Source: Dehalococcoidia bacterium (GTDB lineage: Bacteria > Chloroflexota > Dehalococcoidia > DSTF01 > JALHUB01). Taken from it: 64,000 bases of DNA. A model generated the notes under the pieces. It was not told the DNA's origin. It saw only the letters and a list, made by a program, of their open reading frames with translations, and ran no database searches. The position numbers were made by a program, and so were the translations under genes. Below are positions 1 through 9,158 of the stretch, piece after piece; positions within the stretch are counted from its first letter, which is position 1; every line of letters begins with the position of its first letter. The stretch is taken from positions 12,266 to 76,265 of the forward strand of contig JBEKKV010000004.1 of NCBI GenBank assembly GCA_050010555.1. The letters are read 5' to 3'.

Positions 1-29
1 AAGGACGTCGTTCGCGATGAGTCCTGCCA

Positions 30-1181
30 TCACTCAGCCACGTCGCGCTTTGTCAGCCTGTTTCGCATCCGCGCGGCGGCAGCTCGGGCGGAGAGCGCCA
101 TTCGATACTGGAGCTGCGAGCGCCGATTGCGGAATATCAGCAGGTCCTGGTTGAGTTGGGTATCCATCCGGTAGTGGTCCTTGTAGTGGCTTTCGCCGCG
201 CATCAGGTCGATGCAGTGCAGGCCGTGCGCGAACGCGTCCTCCATTACCTGGAAGTCGAGTATCATGCCGAGGCGGAATCGTTTCCATTGCTCGTCGGGG
301 CTGAAGCCGGTGGTGTAATAGTAAACAGTCCCATTGCTCTGGAAGCCGTACTTGATGGCGATAGTTTCGTCCCGGGCCTGGAGCAGCGACAACGCGAGCA
401 TGCCGCGCTCAGCGAAGCGTCGCGCTACTTCCAGGTGAAAGTCCCGCCGGTTCTGGCTGCGGAAAATGCCCGGCTGGCCCATCGCCTGCCAGCGCCGCGT
501 ATGGAGCTCGAATAGCTGCTCCATCGCCTGGCGGGCAACCGTCTGGTCATCGCCGACGTTGGCAAATGATGCCTCGCACTCGCTGAACAGCTTCCGCGCC
601 TGGCGGCCGGTGTCGTTGCGCACCGAGCGCGAGAGCGAGGCCTTGTAGGCCGCCCAGTCGCCGCTTATGTTCAGCATATGGACGTCGCTACCGGACTGAA
701 GGATCACGGGCCAGCCGCGTCGCGCCGCCGCGGACATCAGATCCGCAGCCGTTTTTGATGAAGCTGGCAGCTCCTGGAGATGAAGAACGTCCCAGCCGCG
801 ATCCAGGGCCAGCACGCCGGAGAGAGCGGCGATAACCTCGTCGCGGCGGTCCTCGGCGATGGGCAGGTCCTGATAGTCGGCAATCGAGTACCGGCCCGCG
901 GCGGAGCTCAGCAGCCGGTACAGGCGCAGCCCGGCGAAGTGCGTCGCCGCAAAGGGCGCGACGCCCAGCATCTCGCCCTGGTCTCGTAGCGCGAACACGG
1001 AGAACGGCCGGCCGTCGAGGCGATACCTGGCGACGGCGTCGCACCACTCCCAGGTCGAGAACGGCGTCAGGCCAGCGCAGCGCGACTCGAGTTCCCGCCA
1101 CTCGTCCTTGAGCGCCTCCAGATCATCGAGGGAATCGAGTTGCGAGGCTTGTAATGGCGATTCGGACAGTGCTGCTCTCAT
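30..1181 (-). CDS. GNAT-family acetyltransferase, CelD/BcsL-like (polysaccharide modification)
   Basis: W..L...TPF.TWEW, D(Y)QD, LH..RW, YY..GF, GM.L, DL.RG...YK motifs of the Acetyltransf_6 family; start moved to ATG 1181 (ATGA overlap with the upstream stop). Confidence 0.8.
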   Translation of the reverse strand: MRAALSESPLQASQLDSLDDLEALKDEWRELESRCAGLTPFSTWEWCDAVARYRLDGRPFSVFALRDQGEMLGVAPFAATHFAGLRLYRLLSSAAGRYSIADYQDLPIAEDRRDEVIAALSGVLALDRGWDVLHLQELPASSKTAADLMSAAARRGWPVILQSGSDVHMLNISGDWAAYKASLSRSVRNDTGRQARKLFSECEASFANVGDDQTVARQAMEQLFELHTRRWQAMGQPGIFRSQNRRDFHLEVARRFAERGMLALSLLQARDETIAIKYGFQSNGTVYYYTTGFSPDEQWKRFRLGMILDFQVMEDAFAHGLHCIDLMRGESHYKDHYRMDTQLNQDLLIFRNRRSQLQYRMALSARAAAARMRNRLTKRDVAE

Positions 1182-1966
1182 CTGCCCACCTCCACGATCT
1201 TGTCCGGCGGACGCGCCGGAGTAAGTACATGTTTCAGTTGTCGAAGCGGGGCGTTCCTCTGCAGGGCGAAGCGCCAGCCCCAGATACGCAAGAGGGCCGA
1301 CGGCCACCGCGCCTGCGACACGTTAATCCGATGCAACAGGAACGGCTCGTTGGTCGCCTGCTCGCCGCCGAAGGCCGCGCGATAGCCGGCGCGGCGGGCG
1401 AGAGTCTGTACCGCGTCGTCGCTATCCATATGCGGATAGCAGAAATAGGAGACGGAATGGCCCAGCATCGCCTCCAGCGCCTTCCGCGAATCGATGATCT
1501 CCCGCGCCTGCTCTGGGGCGCCGAGCTGCGTCAGCCGCGGATGGCTCAGCGTGTGCGAGCCGAGCTCGATCCCGGCCGCGTCTAGCTCCCGCACCTGCCG
1601 CTGGTCCATCAGGGGCACCGGCGGCAGCCCGTAGCCGTCGTCCCAGCGGTTCGTATCGCCCAGACGGTCGACGACGAGGAAGACGGTAGCGGATGCGCCG
1701 TGCTTCTGGAGGATGGGGAAGGCCGTGGTGTAGAAATCGCGATAGCCGTCGTCGAAAGTGAGGCAGGCCAGCCGCTGGCCCTTGGCCTTACCGGCGACGA
1801 GCGCGCGCAAGGCGGCGTCCAACGAAACGAAGCGGTATCGGTGGACCGTAAGATAGCGGAGGACGCGATCGAGGTCCTGCGGCTGTGTGCAGAGGCCGAG
1901 CGGGTCTTGGGAGCGCGGCTGGTCGCAGACGCGATGGTACATCAGGATCGGCAGCCAGTTGTTCAC
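1178..1966 (-). CDS. Polysaccharide deacetylase (NodB/CE4)
   Basis: PILMYHRV, LTFDDGY, GSHTLSHPRL, FCYP motifs. Confidence 0.92.
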   Translation of the reverse strand: MNNWLPILMYHRVCDQPRSQDPLGLCTQPQDLDRVLRYLTVHRYRFVSLDAALRALVAGKAKGQRLACLTFDDGYRDFYTTAFPILQKHGASATVFLVVDRLGDTNRWDDGYGLPPVPLMDQRQVRELDAAGIELGSHTLSHPRLTQLGAPEQAREIIDSRKALEAMLGHSVSYFCYPHMDSDDAVQTLARRAGYRAAFGGEQATNEPFLLHRINVSQARWPSALLRIWGWRFALQRNAPLRQLKHVLTPARPPDKIVEVGR

Positions 1967-2691
1967 GACCGAACCGCCTCCGGCTGCGGAAGGCCTTGCT
2001 CTTCGCCGACGGGGAGCTCGCGGATCACCCGCGCCGGAATGCCGCCGACCATCGTGTTAGGAGGCACGTCCTTGGTCACGATGGCGCCCGCGGCCACTAT
2101 CGCTCCATCGCCCACGTTGACGCCCGCGACGAACGCATTGCGCTGAATCCAGGCGCCGTTGCCGATTCGCATCGGCCGGCTCTTGATCATGCCCATGCGT
2201 CGTCCCGGCGGACCGATCTCGTGCGTATCCGTCGTGAATGTGACGCCCTCGCTGACGAACGCCCAGTCGCCGATCGTTATTGGTGCATTCAACTCGAAGC
2301 GGACGCGACGGAGCGTGCAGTGCTCGCCGATCGTCAGGCGGTCGTAAGGCTTACCCATCCCTTCCACATGCCAGGGGTTGTTCAGGAGGGTGCCGCGACC
2401 GATGTGCATTCCCAGGCGCCGGTAGATCATGGGCCGAAGCCGTCGCCCAAGCGCCATCGGCAGCGGCGCCAGCAGGACGTTGGCGACCGTGAAAGCAACG
2501 TGCATCTCCGCCGCTTCCATCGATATTTGAGCGCGAATGCCCTTCAGGCGTTGCCGCAGCGACCGCCGCTCGCCACCGTTCGCGTAAAGCTCTTCCAAGG
2601 CCTGCAATGCCCCCGACGAGCCGTTTCCGCTGCCGTTTCCGTTGATTGCCATGACCGCACTCCTTACGGCGGGGTTATCATTCGACCTCAA
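1963..2691 (-). CDS. Hexapeptide-repeat O-acyltransferase (LbH)
   Basis: IGNGAWI, VGDGAIVAAGAIVTKDVP, VGGIPARVIR; start may instead be 2652. Confidence 0.88.
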   Translation of the reverse strand: MRSNDNPAVRSAVMAINGNGSGNGSSGALQALEELYANGGERRSLRQRLKGIRAQISMEAAEMHVAFTVANVLLAPLPMALGRRLRPMIYRRLGMHIGRGTLLNNPWHVEGMGKPYDRLTIGEHCTLRRVRFELNAPITIGDWAFVSEGVTFTTDTHEIGPPGRRMGMIKSRPMRIGNGAWIQRNAFVAGVNVGDGAIVAAGAIVTKDVPPNTMVGGIPARVIRELPVGEEQGLPQPEAVRS

Positions 2692-3322
2692 CCAGCGACA
2701 GTTCCAACTCGCGTCGCGCCTCCTCCGGCAATTCGCGCAGCACAGCCGCCGGCACGCCTCCGACCAGACAGTTCGCCGGCATGCTCTGCGTGACGACCGC
2801 CCCGCTGGCGACGACGCTGCCGGAGCCGATGGTCACGCCGGGCAGGACCGTCACGTTGCTGGCTATCCAGACGCCGTCCTCGATGCGCACCGGCAGCGGC
2901 CGCCGCTCGCCGCAACGTCGCATCGCCGGGCCCACGTCATGCGTGTCCGTGATGACGCGAACGTAGTGCCCGAAGACCACGTTGTCGCCGATGTCGACGG
3001 GCGCGTTCAGGCTGAAGTGGCAGCCGATGCCGACCTGGGAGCGCCGTCCCATGCGGAAGTTCGCGTAAGGATCGCCGAGGGCGTCGAACGTCGCGTTGCC
3101 CAAGAATTTGCTGCGAGCGCCGATCCGCAGGCCGGCGGCGCGATAGACCACTACCCGCAGGTGCTTGCCAACGAGCAGCGGCAGCGGCGCCAGCAGTATG
3201 TTGGCCAGCCACAGCTTGAGATGGAAAGCGCCCAGAGCCTCCGCTGTCTTGCGTCGGAGCAACTCCGGCGTCAGGCGAATGGCGTCCTCCGGAGCGTGAT
3301 GACCGTTGGAGCCGTTAGTCAT
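2678..3322 (-). CDS. Hexapeptide-repeat O-acyltransferase (LbH), paralog of the downstream gene
   Basis: IEDGVWI, PGVTIGSGSVVASGAVVT, VGGVPA; shares ANILLAPLP and TDTH segments with 1963..2691. Confidence 0.88.
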   Translation of the reverse strand: MTNGSNGHHAPEDAIRLTPELLRRKTAEALGAFHLKLWLANILLAPLPLLVGKHLRVVVYRAAGLRIGARSKFLGNATFDALGDPYANFRMGRRSQVGIGCHFSLNAPVDIGDNVVFGHYVRVITDTHDVGPAMRRCGERRPLPVRIEDGVWIASNVTVLPGVTIGSGSVVASGAVVTQSMPANCLVGGVPAAVLRELPEEARRELELSLVEVE

Positions 3323-4844
3323 CGTCTCCCCTTTCGGACGGAATCGCTTCTTCGGCCTTCTCGGGCTCTTGCAGATGCGGCAGGGCGAAGACGACGCCCA
3401 TCAGCACGCCGACGAAGATCATCGCGCGCATGCTGAAGAGGCCCTGGTCGACCATGGCAAAGACCAGCAGCGCAGACAGCATCACCAGCGTGAAGGCGGC
3501 AATCCCCCTGTCGCCGGGGCGCGACAACCGTCGCGCCGCCTGCAACATTCGAATGATCGCCGAGCCGAGGAAGTACCAGAACGCGGCAAAGCCGACGACA
3601 CCGAGCGTCATGAGGATCCAGAGGATGGAGTTATGCGGGGCTATCTTGTACCAAGCGAATTGCGCGCTGATGTTCGGCAGAAGCTTCGCCTGCGTCATCT
3701 CCTTGCCGTAGCCAATTCCTATCAGCGGGCTATGCTTCGCCGTGTACATCAGGTCGTAGTTCTCGATGTCGCGATAATCGTTCGACAACTGGTCGCGCGT
3801 GTCCGGCGTGACGCCCGACTTCAAGGCCTGCACCGGCTCGGTGACCAGCGACTGCGTGTTCCAGGACGCGCCCACGTAGAAGGGCAAGAACGCGCCCGCG
3901 AGGACGAGGCCGCCGATGAGGATGTGCCGCCGGTTTGGCAATAGCGAAAGCGTCACCACGCAGAGCAGCGGCAAGGCGACGATGAGGGCGAGGACACCGG
4001 CACGGCGCTGGTTGGCGAAGAACGGCAGAAGCACGAGAGGCGTTGCCAGCAGAGTCGCTATTCGCTGCCCGCGAGGGGCACCGTACAGTATCTGAACGAC
4101 TGCCAGCAGCATCAGGCCGGCGTAGAAGAACGACTCCTCGTGTGCCATCAGCGAGTTCATCCCAGTGACGCTGCTCAGGCCGGCCAGGCTGCCGCCCAGG
4201 TCTACGTAGTAGCGGTACCAGCCAATCGCCCCCTTCAGGGCAACGCCGAGGATAAATATCCAGAGCAGGGCTGTAACCTGCCGTCGGTCGCGCACCAACT
4301 GGAACGTCAGCAGGTAGGCGAGATAGAAGTAGGCAAGCGGACGCACCGTCCAGAGAGCGATCTTCAGGTTTCCGTGCGTCAGCGCTCCGTGGATCACTCC
4401 GAACGCGACGACGGCGATGAACGCGGTGAAGGGCACGAACAGGGGCACGGGCCTTCGGGCCAACTTATCGCGCGAACGCAGGAGCCAGCCGACGCCGGTG
4501 ACGACGATGATGAGCTCGGCAGGGTTGGCGGAGATGCCGCCGATGTCCCGGAAGATCGGGATGGAGGACGTGACGCTGAGGCCGAAAGTGAGCTTGTCGG
4601 TCTCGACAATGACGGCAGCGGCGAAGACGAGGAAGATACCGGCGATTGGTTTTCGCAGGATGATGGGCACGGCGATCATGCCGGCCAGCAAGCCCGCCGG
4701 CACGACCAGATTGCCACTGCCAACGCCGAACATGACGAGGAGCCCGGCCAAGACCAAGGTGAGGCCTATGGCCGCTGCCAGGAAGAACCTCTGCGTGGTC
4801 TTCTCCCCTCGCGGAAGCGGTGCGGACAAAGCGTCAACGGTCAA
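3315..4844 (-). CDS. O-antigen ligase/Wzy-type polymerase family membrane protein
   Basis: About 12 hydrophobic segments, PLIGIGYG and PHNSILWI..TLG..G motifs; EPS operon context. Confidence 0.82.
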   Translation of the reverse strand: MTVDALSAPLPRGEKTTQRFFLAAAIGLTLVLAGLLVMFGVGSGNLVVPAGLLAGMIAVPIILRKPIAGIFLVFAAAVIVETDKLTFGLSVTSSIPIFRDIGGISANPAELIIVVTGVGWLLRSRDKLARRPVPLFVPFTAFIAVVAFGVIHGALTHGNLKIALWTVRPLAYFYLAYLLTFQLVRDRRQVTALLWIFILGVALKGAIGWYRYYVDLGGSLAGLSSVTGMNSLMAHEESFFYAGLMLLAVVQILYGAPRGQRIATLLATPLVLLPFFANQRRAGVLALIVALPLLCVVTLSLLPNRRHILIGGLVLAGAFLPFYVGASWNTQSLVTEPVQALKSGVTPDTRDQLSNDYRDIENYDLMYTAKHSPLIGIGYGKEMTQAKLLPNISAQFAWYKIAPHNSILWILMTLGVVGFAAFWYFLGSAIIRMLQAARRLSRPGDRGIAAFTLVMLSALLVFAMVDQGLFSMRAMIFVGVLMGVVFALPHLQEPEKAEEAIPSERGDDD

Positions 4845-5730
4845 CAGCGTGTCTCTCTTTCACAAGCGTCAGGGCCACGCCGACAGCGCGCTCGTGGCGG
4901 CCGCGGTCCAACTCCCGCAAGAAGGCGCGCTCGAAAAGCGGCTGCAGCCAGGCAAGGCCCGACCGAAGCGGCAGAGGAACGCGGTTCCAGTAGCGGTCGA
5001 GGCGAATGCCGGGCTCGCCGAAATAGCGGCGCCCATCCTCCCGCAGCCCGGACGGCGCGATGAGCCTCCGCGCCAGCGTCTCGTCGTCATAGCGACGCTG
5101 GTAGAAGACCTTCTGGTTGCCAAGGCGCCGACGCTCGAAGACGTCGCGGCGGACCCAATCTTCCTCGTAGCGGCTCGCAAAGGGAACGGTGAGACAAACT
5201 CGACCGCCGGGCCGCAACACGCGCGCTATCTCCCGCATCGCCTGGCCGTCGCCGTCGCCCGGGATGTGCTCGAGGACGGAGATCGAATAAGCGACGTCGA
5301 AGCTGCCGTCCGCGTAGGCGAGCGAGCGAGCGTCCTGCCGCTCCAGCCGGAGGCGGCCGCCGATCTCCTCACCAAGGCCGAGGCTCTCCAGCAGGTCCCG
5401 GGTCGGCGCAATGAAGCTTTCGAGGATGTCGGTCGCCGCGAGGTCGAGCCGCGTATTCGCCGCCAGCCAGACGAACAAAAGCTTGGGACTGGCCACGTCC
5501 AGCACGCGCTCGCGCCCGCTGAGGGCCATCTCCTGCAGCGCAAGGCGAAACTCCATGCCGCGCGGATAAGACATAGGGTTCATCAGGCGCGGCAGCGCGG
5601 CGTGGAACCGACGCTGTCTCAAAGCGCGCAGGCCGAGGCCGAGGCTGAAGCGATAGAGCTCGGCCGTCGAGGGCAGAGACGCCCGCGAAGAGACGCCTGC
5701 CAGCGCCGCCTGCTTACCGGCGACCGTCAT
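4834..5730 (-). CDS. Class I SAM-dependent methyltransferase
   Basis: RVLDVAS, DARSLAYADGSFDV, SVLEHI, RVLRPGG. Confidence 0.88.
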   Translation of the reverse strand: MTVAGKQAALAGVSSRASLPSTAELYRFSLGLGLRALRQRRFHAALPRLMNPMSYPRGMEFRLALQEMALSGRERVLDVASPKLLFVWLAANTRLDLAATDILESFIAPTRDLLESLGLGEEIGGRLRLERQDARSLAYADGSFDVAYSISVLEHIPGDGDGQAMREIARVLRPGGRVCLTVPFASRYEEDWVRRDVFERRRLGNQKVFYQRRYDDETLARRLIAPSGLREDGRRYFGEPGIRLDRYWNRVPLPLRSGLAWLQPLFERAFLRELDRGRHERAVGVALTLVKERHAVDR

Positions 5731-6755
5731 GATACATCCTCCACTGCCCGCAGCCCGTCGAGCCCATCGGCGACGCCCTTCCAGTACGTCAGGTCATAGA
5801 TTGCGCCGTAGGCTTTCCGCTCCAGCGAGTGAACGCGGGCGACGCCACACGTGAAGGCCACCGCTCGACAGCCCGCGACGAAGGCACCCAAGCGCCGCTG
5901 GCTGCCGAGGACGAAGCGAATGACCCGTCGCCGCACGGGGCCGCGGTCCCGGAATTCGCCGCGCAGACGCTCCAGCGCGGAAGGGAACTCCGCCTTGAAG
6001 ATGAGATCGGCGTCCCAGCGGCCATAGGTGTAAGCCATTTCGCGCCAGGAGGCGTAGCTGCGGTATCCCCAGTGCTCGGCGCTGGCGTCGAGGGCGAGGC
6101 GGAACGGGACGGCCGCCTTCTGAAGGCGCAGGCCAAGCTCGATGTCCTCGGAGTGCAGCAGCTTCTCGTTGAAGCCTCCCGCCTCAAGGAATGCCCGGCG
6201 GTTAATGGAGCAATTGCCGCTGTACAGGCAGAGACCGTTCGCCTCCCGCTGTTCGCCGATCAGCGCACGGTATTGCTTTTCGAGCTGCGTCTCCAGCCAG
6301 CGCCACCAGCCGGGGACGCCGCGCACGGAAGCCGGCGCCAGACGGCCGATTGCCACCGCCGGTCTCCCGTCCTGGTGCGCGGCGAGGTGCTTTTCGATCA
6401 GATCGGGAGCTGCCATGACGTCATCATCGAGAAAGATGAGCACGGGCGCCTGTGCGACCGCGGCGGCGGCGTTGCGCGAGGCAGCGGGACAGCGCCGGGC
6501 ATGCTGAACGGTGCGCAGCGAGAAGGGCCAGCGCCGGACCTCAAGCATGTCCGGCGTCCCGTCGTCGCAGCAATCCGCAACGACGATGACTTCGACGGCG
6601 GACATGTCTACGGTCTGGCGGCAGAGGCAGTCGAGGGTCGCTTCGAGGAGCTGTCGTCGGTTATGCGTCGGGATGATCACGCTGCAAAGCAACTTCCCGA
6701 CGGCCTTTTGGTCCGGCACGGCGGCCTCGTTTCGGCGGTAGCCTGCAATCGTCAT
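5727..6755 (-). CDS. Glycosyltransferase family 2
   Basis: SVIIPTHNR, VIVVADCCDDGT, LIFLDDD, GGFNE..EDIELG.RL; start trimmed to ATG 6755 just after the flippase stop. Confidence 0.92.
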   Translation of the reverse strand: MTIAGYRRNEAAVPDQKAVGKLLCSVIIPTHNRRQLLEATLDCLCRQTVDMSAVEVIVVADCCDDGTPDMLEVRRWPFSLRTVQHARRCPAASRNAAAAVAQAPVLIFLDDDVMAAPDLIEKHLAAHQDGRPAVAIGRLAPASVRGVPGWWRWLETQLEKQYRALIGEQREANGLCLYSGNCSINRRAFLEAGGFNEKLLHSEDIELGLRLQKAAVPFRLALDASAEHWGYRSYASWREMAYTYGRWDADLIFKAEFPSALERLRGEFRDRGPVRRRVIRFVLGSQRRLGAFVAGCRAVAFTCGVARVHSLERKAYGAIYDLTYWKGVADGLDGLRAVEDVS

Positions 6756-6757
6756 GA

Positions 6758-8260
6758 TCAGACTCCTTCGCTCCCCAGCGTCGTGCCGGGGGCGCCGGCA
6801 TGCCCCCTGGAGAGAGCGGCGTTTATCAGGAACCGCAGCTCGGCAGGCGTCACGCCGCGAACGGCGACAAGGGAGACGAGATACACGGGCCCGCCGAGCA
6901 TGACCAGGGGGATGAAGCCCGGGTCGTGCAGCAGCTTGACCCCGCCCATCACGACGAACATGACGAGCGACGCAGCGATGGTACGCGCAAGCCCAACGGC
7001 GATTTCCCGGCCGACGATTCCCTTCGGGATGAGCCGTATGCCCAACGCCAGCATGAAGCCTTCGCTGAGGACGGCCGCTACCGATACGCCGATGGCGCCG
7101 TTCCCGTAGGCGCGGTCGAACACGATAATGAAGGGCACTTCGATCGCGATGCTCACGACGGTGGTGATCGCCATTACTATCGCCCACTGCTTCTGCTTGT
7201 CCGCAGCGATAACGACCGTTCCGACGAGCATGAGCGAGCCGGTGACCGGAAGCGTTAGCGCCAGGATGGCCAGAAGCGGGACGGAGTGGCTGAATTCCGC
7301 AGGGTAGTGCAGCATGCGGATAAGGTCGCCGGAGAGGAGGATGCAGCCCGCGGCAATGGGCACGCCCGTCATCAGCACGGCCAGCATCCCCTTCTCCACG
7401 GCGACGCGCATCGTCTGCTTGTCCTCCTTATGGAAGCGCGTCAGCGCGGGCAACATCGCGGTGACGATGAGCAGCGGAACGAAGTTCAGCGTCCCGTATA
7501 GCTGGTTTGCCGCGCCGTACCAGCCAACGACCGCATCTCGGGTGAGGAAGCGCAGCATCACGGCGTCCGATGAGCTGTAGAACTGGTAGATGGCTCCCGT
7601 CATGAGAAAGGGAAAGCCTCCCACGAGCAGGTAGCGGGCCGCCGATCGGCTGAAGGACGGCCACCGCAGGTGATGTCGTGCCAGATAAGAGAAGTTGACA
7701 AGGAAGCCGACGAAAACGCCGCAGAGCATCGCCATAGCGTATGCCACGACGCCCCAGCCGCTGACCAGGACGGCTATGCCAACGACCAGCAGCGTCGCCT
7801 TGTTCGCGACTTCGGCCATGGCAATCCGGCGCATATTCTCAAGGCCCTGGAGCGCGGATACCTGGGCGGCATCGAGACCCATGACAACCAGCATCGCTGT
7901 GGCAATGCTGAGCACGCGCTTCGTGTCCGCGTCGACGCCCGACATTTGGACGCCAAGCACCATGCCGGCGCCCAGCAGCACTCCCAGGACGAGGCGGATC
8001 GCATAAGCATGCCAGAGCATCTGGGAGAGTCGGCTGCGGTCAAGCGCCACTTGCTTGACGGTGAAGGTGACCGTGCCCAGGTTCGTGACGACAAGGAGCA
8101 TGGGCAGGAGATTGATGGCGAAGGTGATCTTGCCCAGGCCCTGATCGCCGAGAAGACGGGGCAGGAAGAAGATCATGAGGATGCCCGTCAGCGACCAGGT
8201 GAGCAACTGGCGCACAAACAGGGCTATGACGTTGTCGGCCACCTTCGCGAGTTGTCTCAT
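6758..8260 (-). CDS. wzx: Wzx-type polysaccharide flippase
   Basis: 500 aa, about 14 TM segments, RLLG..G.G and VVGWYGAA motifs typical of MOP/PST flippases. Confidence 0.88.
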   Translation of the reverse strand: MRQLAKVADNVIALFVRQLLTWSLTGILMIFFLPRLLGDQGLGKITFAINLLPMLLVVTNLGTVTFTVKQVALDRSRLSQMLWHAYAIRLVLGVLLGAGMVLGVQMSGVDADTKRVLSIATAMLVVMGLDAAQVSALQGLENMRRIAMAEVANKATLLVVGIAVLVSGWGVVAYAMAMLCGVFVGFLVNFSYLARHHLRWPSFSRSAARYLLVGGFPFLMTGAIYQFYSSSDAVMLRFLTRDAVVGWYGAANQLYGTLNFVPLLIVTAMLPALTRFHKEDKQTMRVAVEKGMLAVLMTGVPIAAGCILLSGDLIRMLHYPAEFSHSVPLLAILALTLPVTGSLMLVGTVVIAADKQKQWAIVMAITTVVSIAIEVPFIIVFDRAYGNGAIGVSVAAVLSEGFMLALGIRLIPKGIVGREIAVGLARTIAASLVMFVVMGGVKLLHDPGFIPLVMLGGPVYLVSLVAVRGVTPAELRFLINAALSRGHAGAPGTTLGSEGV

Positions 8261-8270
8261 TTCGATTCGC

Positions 8271-8411
8271 TCAAAACAGCAGGTACCAGCCGGTGATTGC
8301 GACCGCCATCATGGCAACAACCAGCCGCACGGGGCCGCTCACCTCTTTGACTCGCAGGCCCAGGACGACAAACAGGAGCAGGAGGAGTATCAGCAGTGCC
8401 AGCCCTTGCAT
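8271..8411 (-). CDS. Small 46-aa membrane protein (not in ORF track)
   Basis: GGAGG RBS then ATG; MQGLALLILLLLLFVVLGLRVKEVSGPVRLVVAMMAVAITGWYLLF*; two hydrophobic helices; fills the gap between kinase and flippase. Confidence 0.75.
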   Translation of the reverse strand: MQGLALLILLLLLFVVLGLRVKEVSGPVRLVVAMMAVAITGWYLLF

Positions 8412-8420
8412 TGCGCCTCC

Positions 8421-9158
8421 CTAGAACCAGCGCCTCAGCCAGCGCGGCAACGGCGGCCTTTCCTGGTTGAGGACAACGCCCACCAGCTTCCGCGAATCTA
8501 TGGTCTCGAGCGCCTGCTGGACCGCCAAGGAGCCCGTGGAGTTGGCGCGGACGACCATGATGGCGCCGTCGGACCAGTCACACAGCGCCACCGCCTCGTC
8601 GTTTGACAGCAGGGGCGGCAGATCGACGATTGCCAGGTCGTAGCGCTTACGAACCTCGGTCAGCAGTTGCTTGGCGGAGCCCGAGTGCAGCAGGCGGCGG
8701 GAGTCGTCGCCCCCTCCGGCCGGCAGCACGTGCAGCTTGTCGACTTCGCTGACCGCCTCCTGCAGCGTCGACTGGCCGCGCAGGCAGTCGCCCAGACCGG
8801 GGGAGACAGCAAGTCCGAAGAGCTGGTTGATGCTGCGGTTTCGCACGTCGGCGTCTATAAGCAGGACCTTCTTCCCCGCTGTCTCCGCTAGGATGACGCC
8901 AAGGCTGGCCGCCACCAGCGTCTTCCCCTCGCCGGGCTGCGCGCTCGTGACGACGTAGACCGACGCCGCACGGGCCTCAGCCAGCAGCCGTTGAGCGACC
9001 GGCTGAAGCGCTCGACGGACAGCCGGCGAGGCGACCAGAAGCGGCAGGGTATCTTGACCGCGCCGCCGCCTCGCCCACATTTGCGACAGACTGGCGATTT
9101 CGTCGGGGCGCATCGACCTGCCTTCCGGCACCTGGCTTCTGGCTTCTCTTATTGCCAT
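8421..9158 (-). CDS. CpsD/CapB-like P-loop (BY-kinase) domain protein
   Basis: Walker A QPGEGKT, Walker A' LLIDAD.R, Walker B IVDLPP, GVVLN. Confidence 0.88.
   Translation of the reverse strand: MAIREARSQVPEGRSMRPDEIASLSQMWARRRRGQDTLPLLVASPAVRRALQPVAQRLLAEARAASVYVVTSAQPGEGKTLVAASLGVILAETAGKKVLLIDADVRNRSINQLFGLAVSPGLGDCLRGQSTLQEAVSEVDKLHVLPAGGGDDSRRLLHSGSAKQLLTEVRKRYDLAIVDLPPLLSNDEAVALCDWSDGAIMVVRANSTGSLAVQQALETIDSRKLVGVVLNQERPPLPRWLRRWF

Noticed and set aside
5727-7187. 486-aa N-terminally extended GT2
   Set aside because: The extension overlaps the flippase in another frame; the real start is 6755
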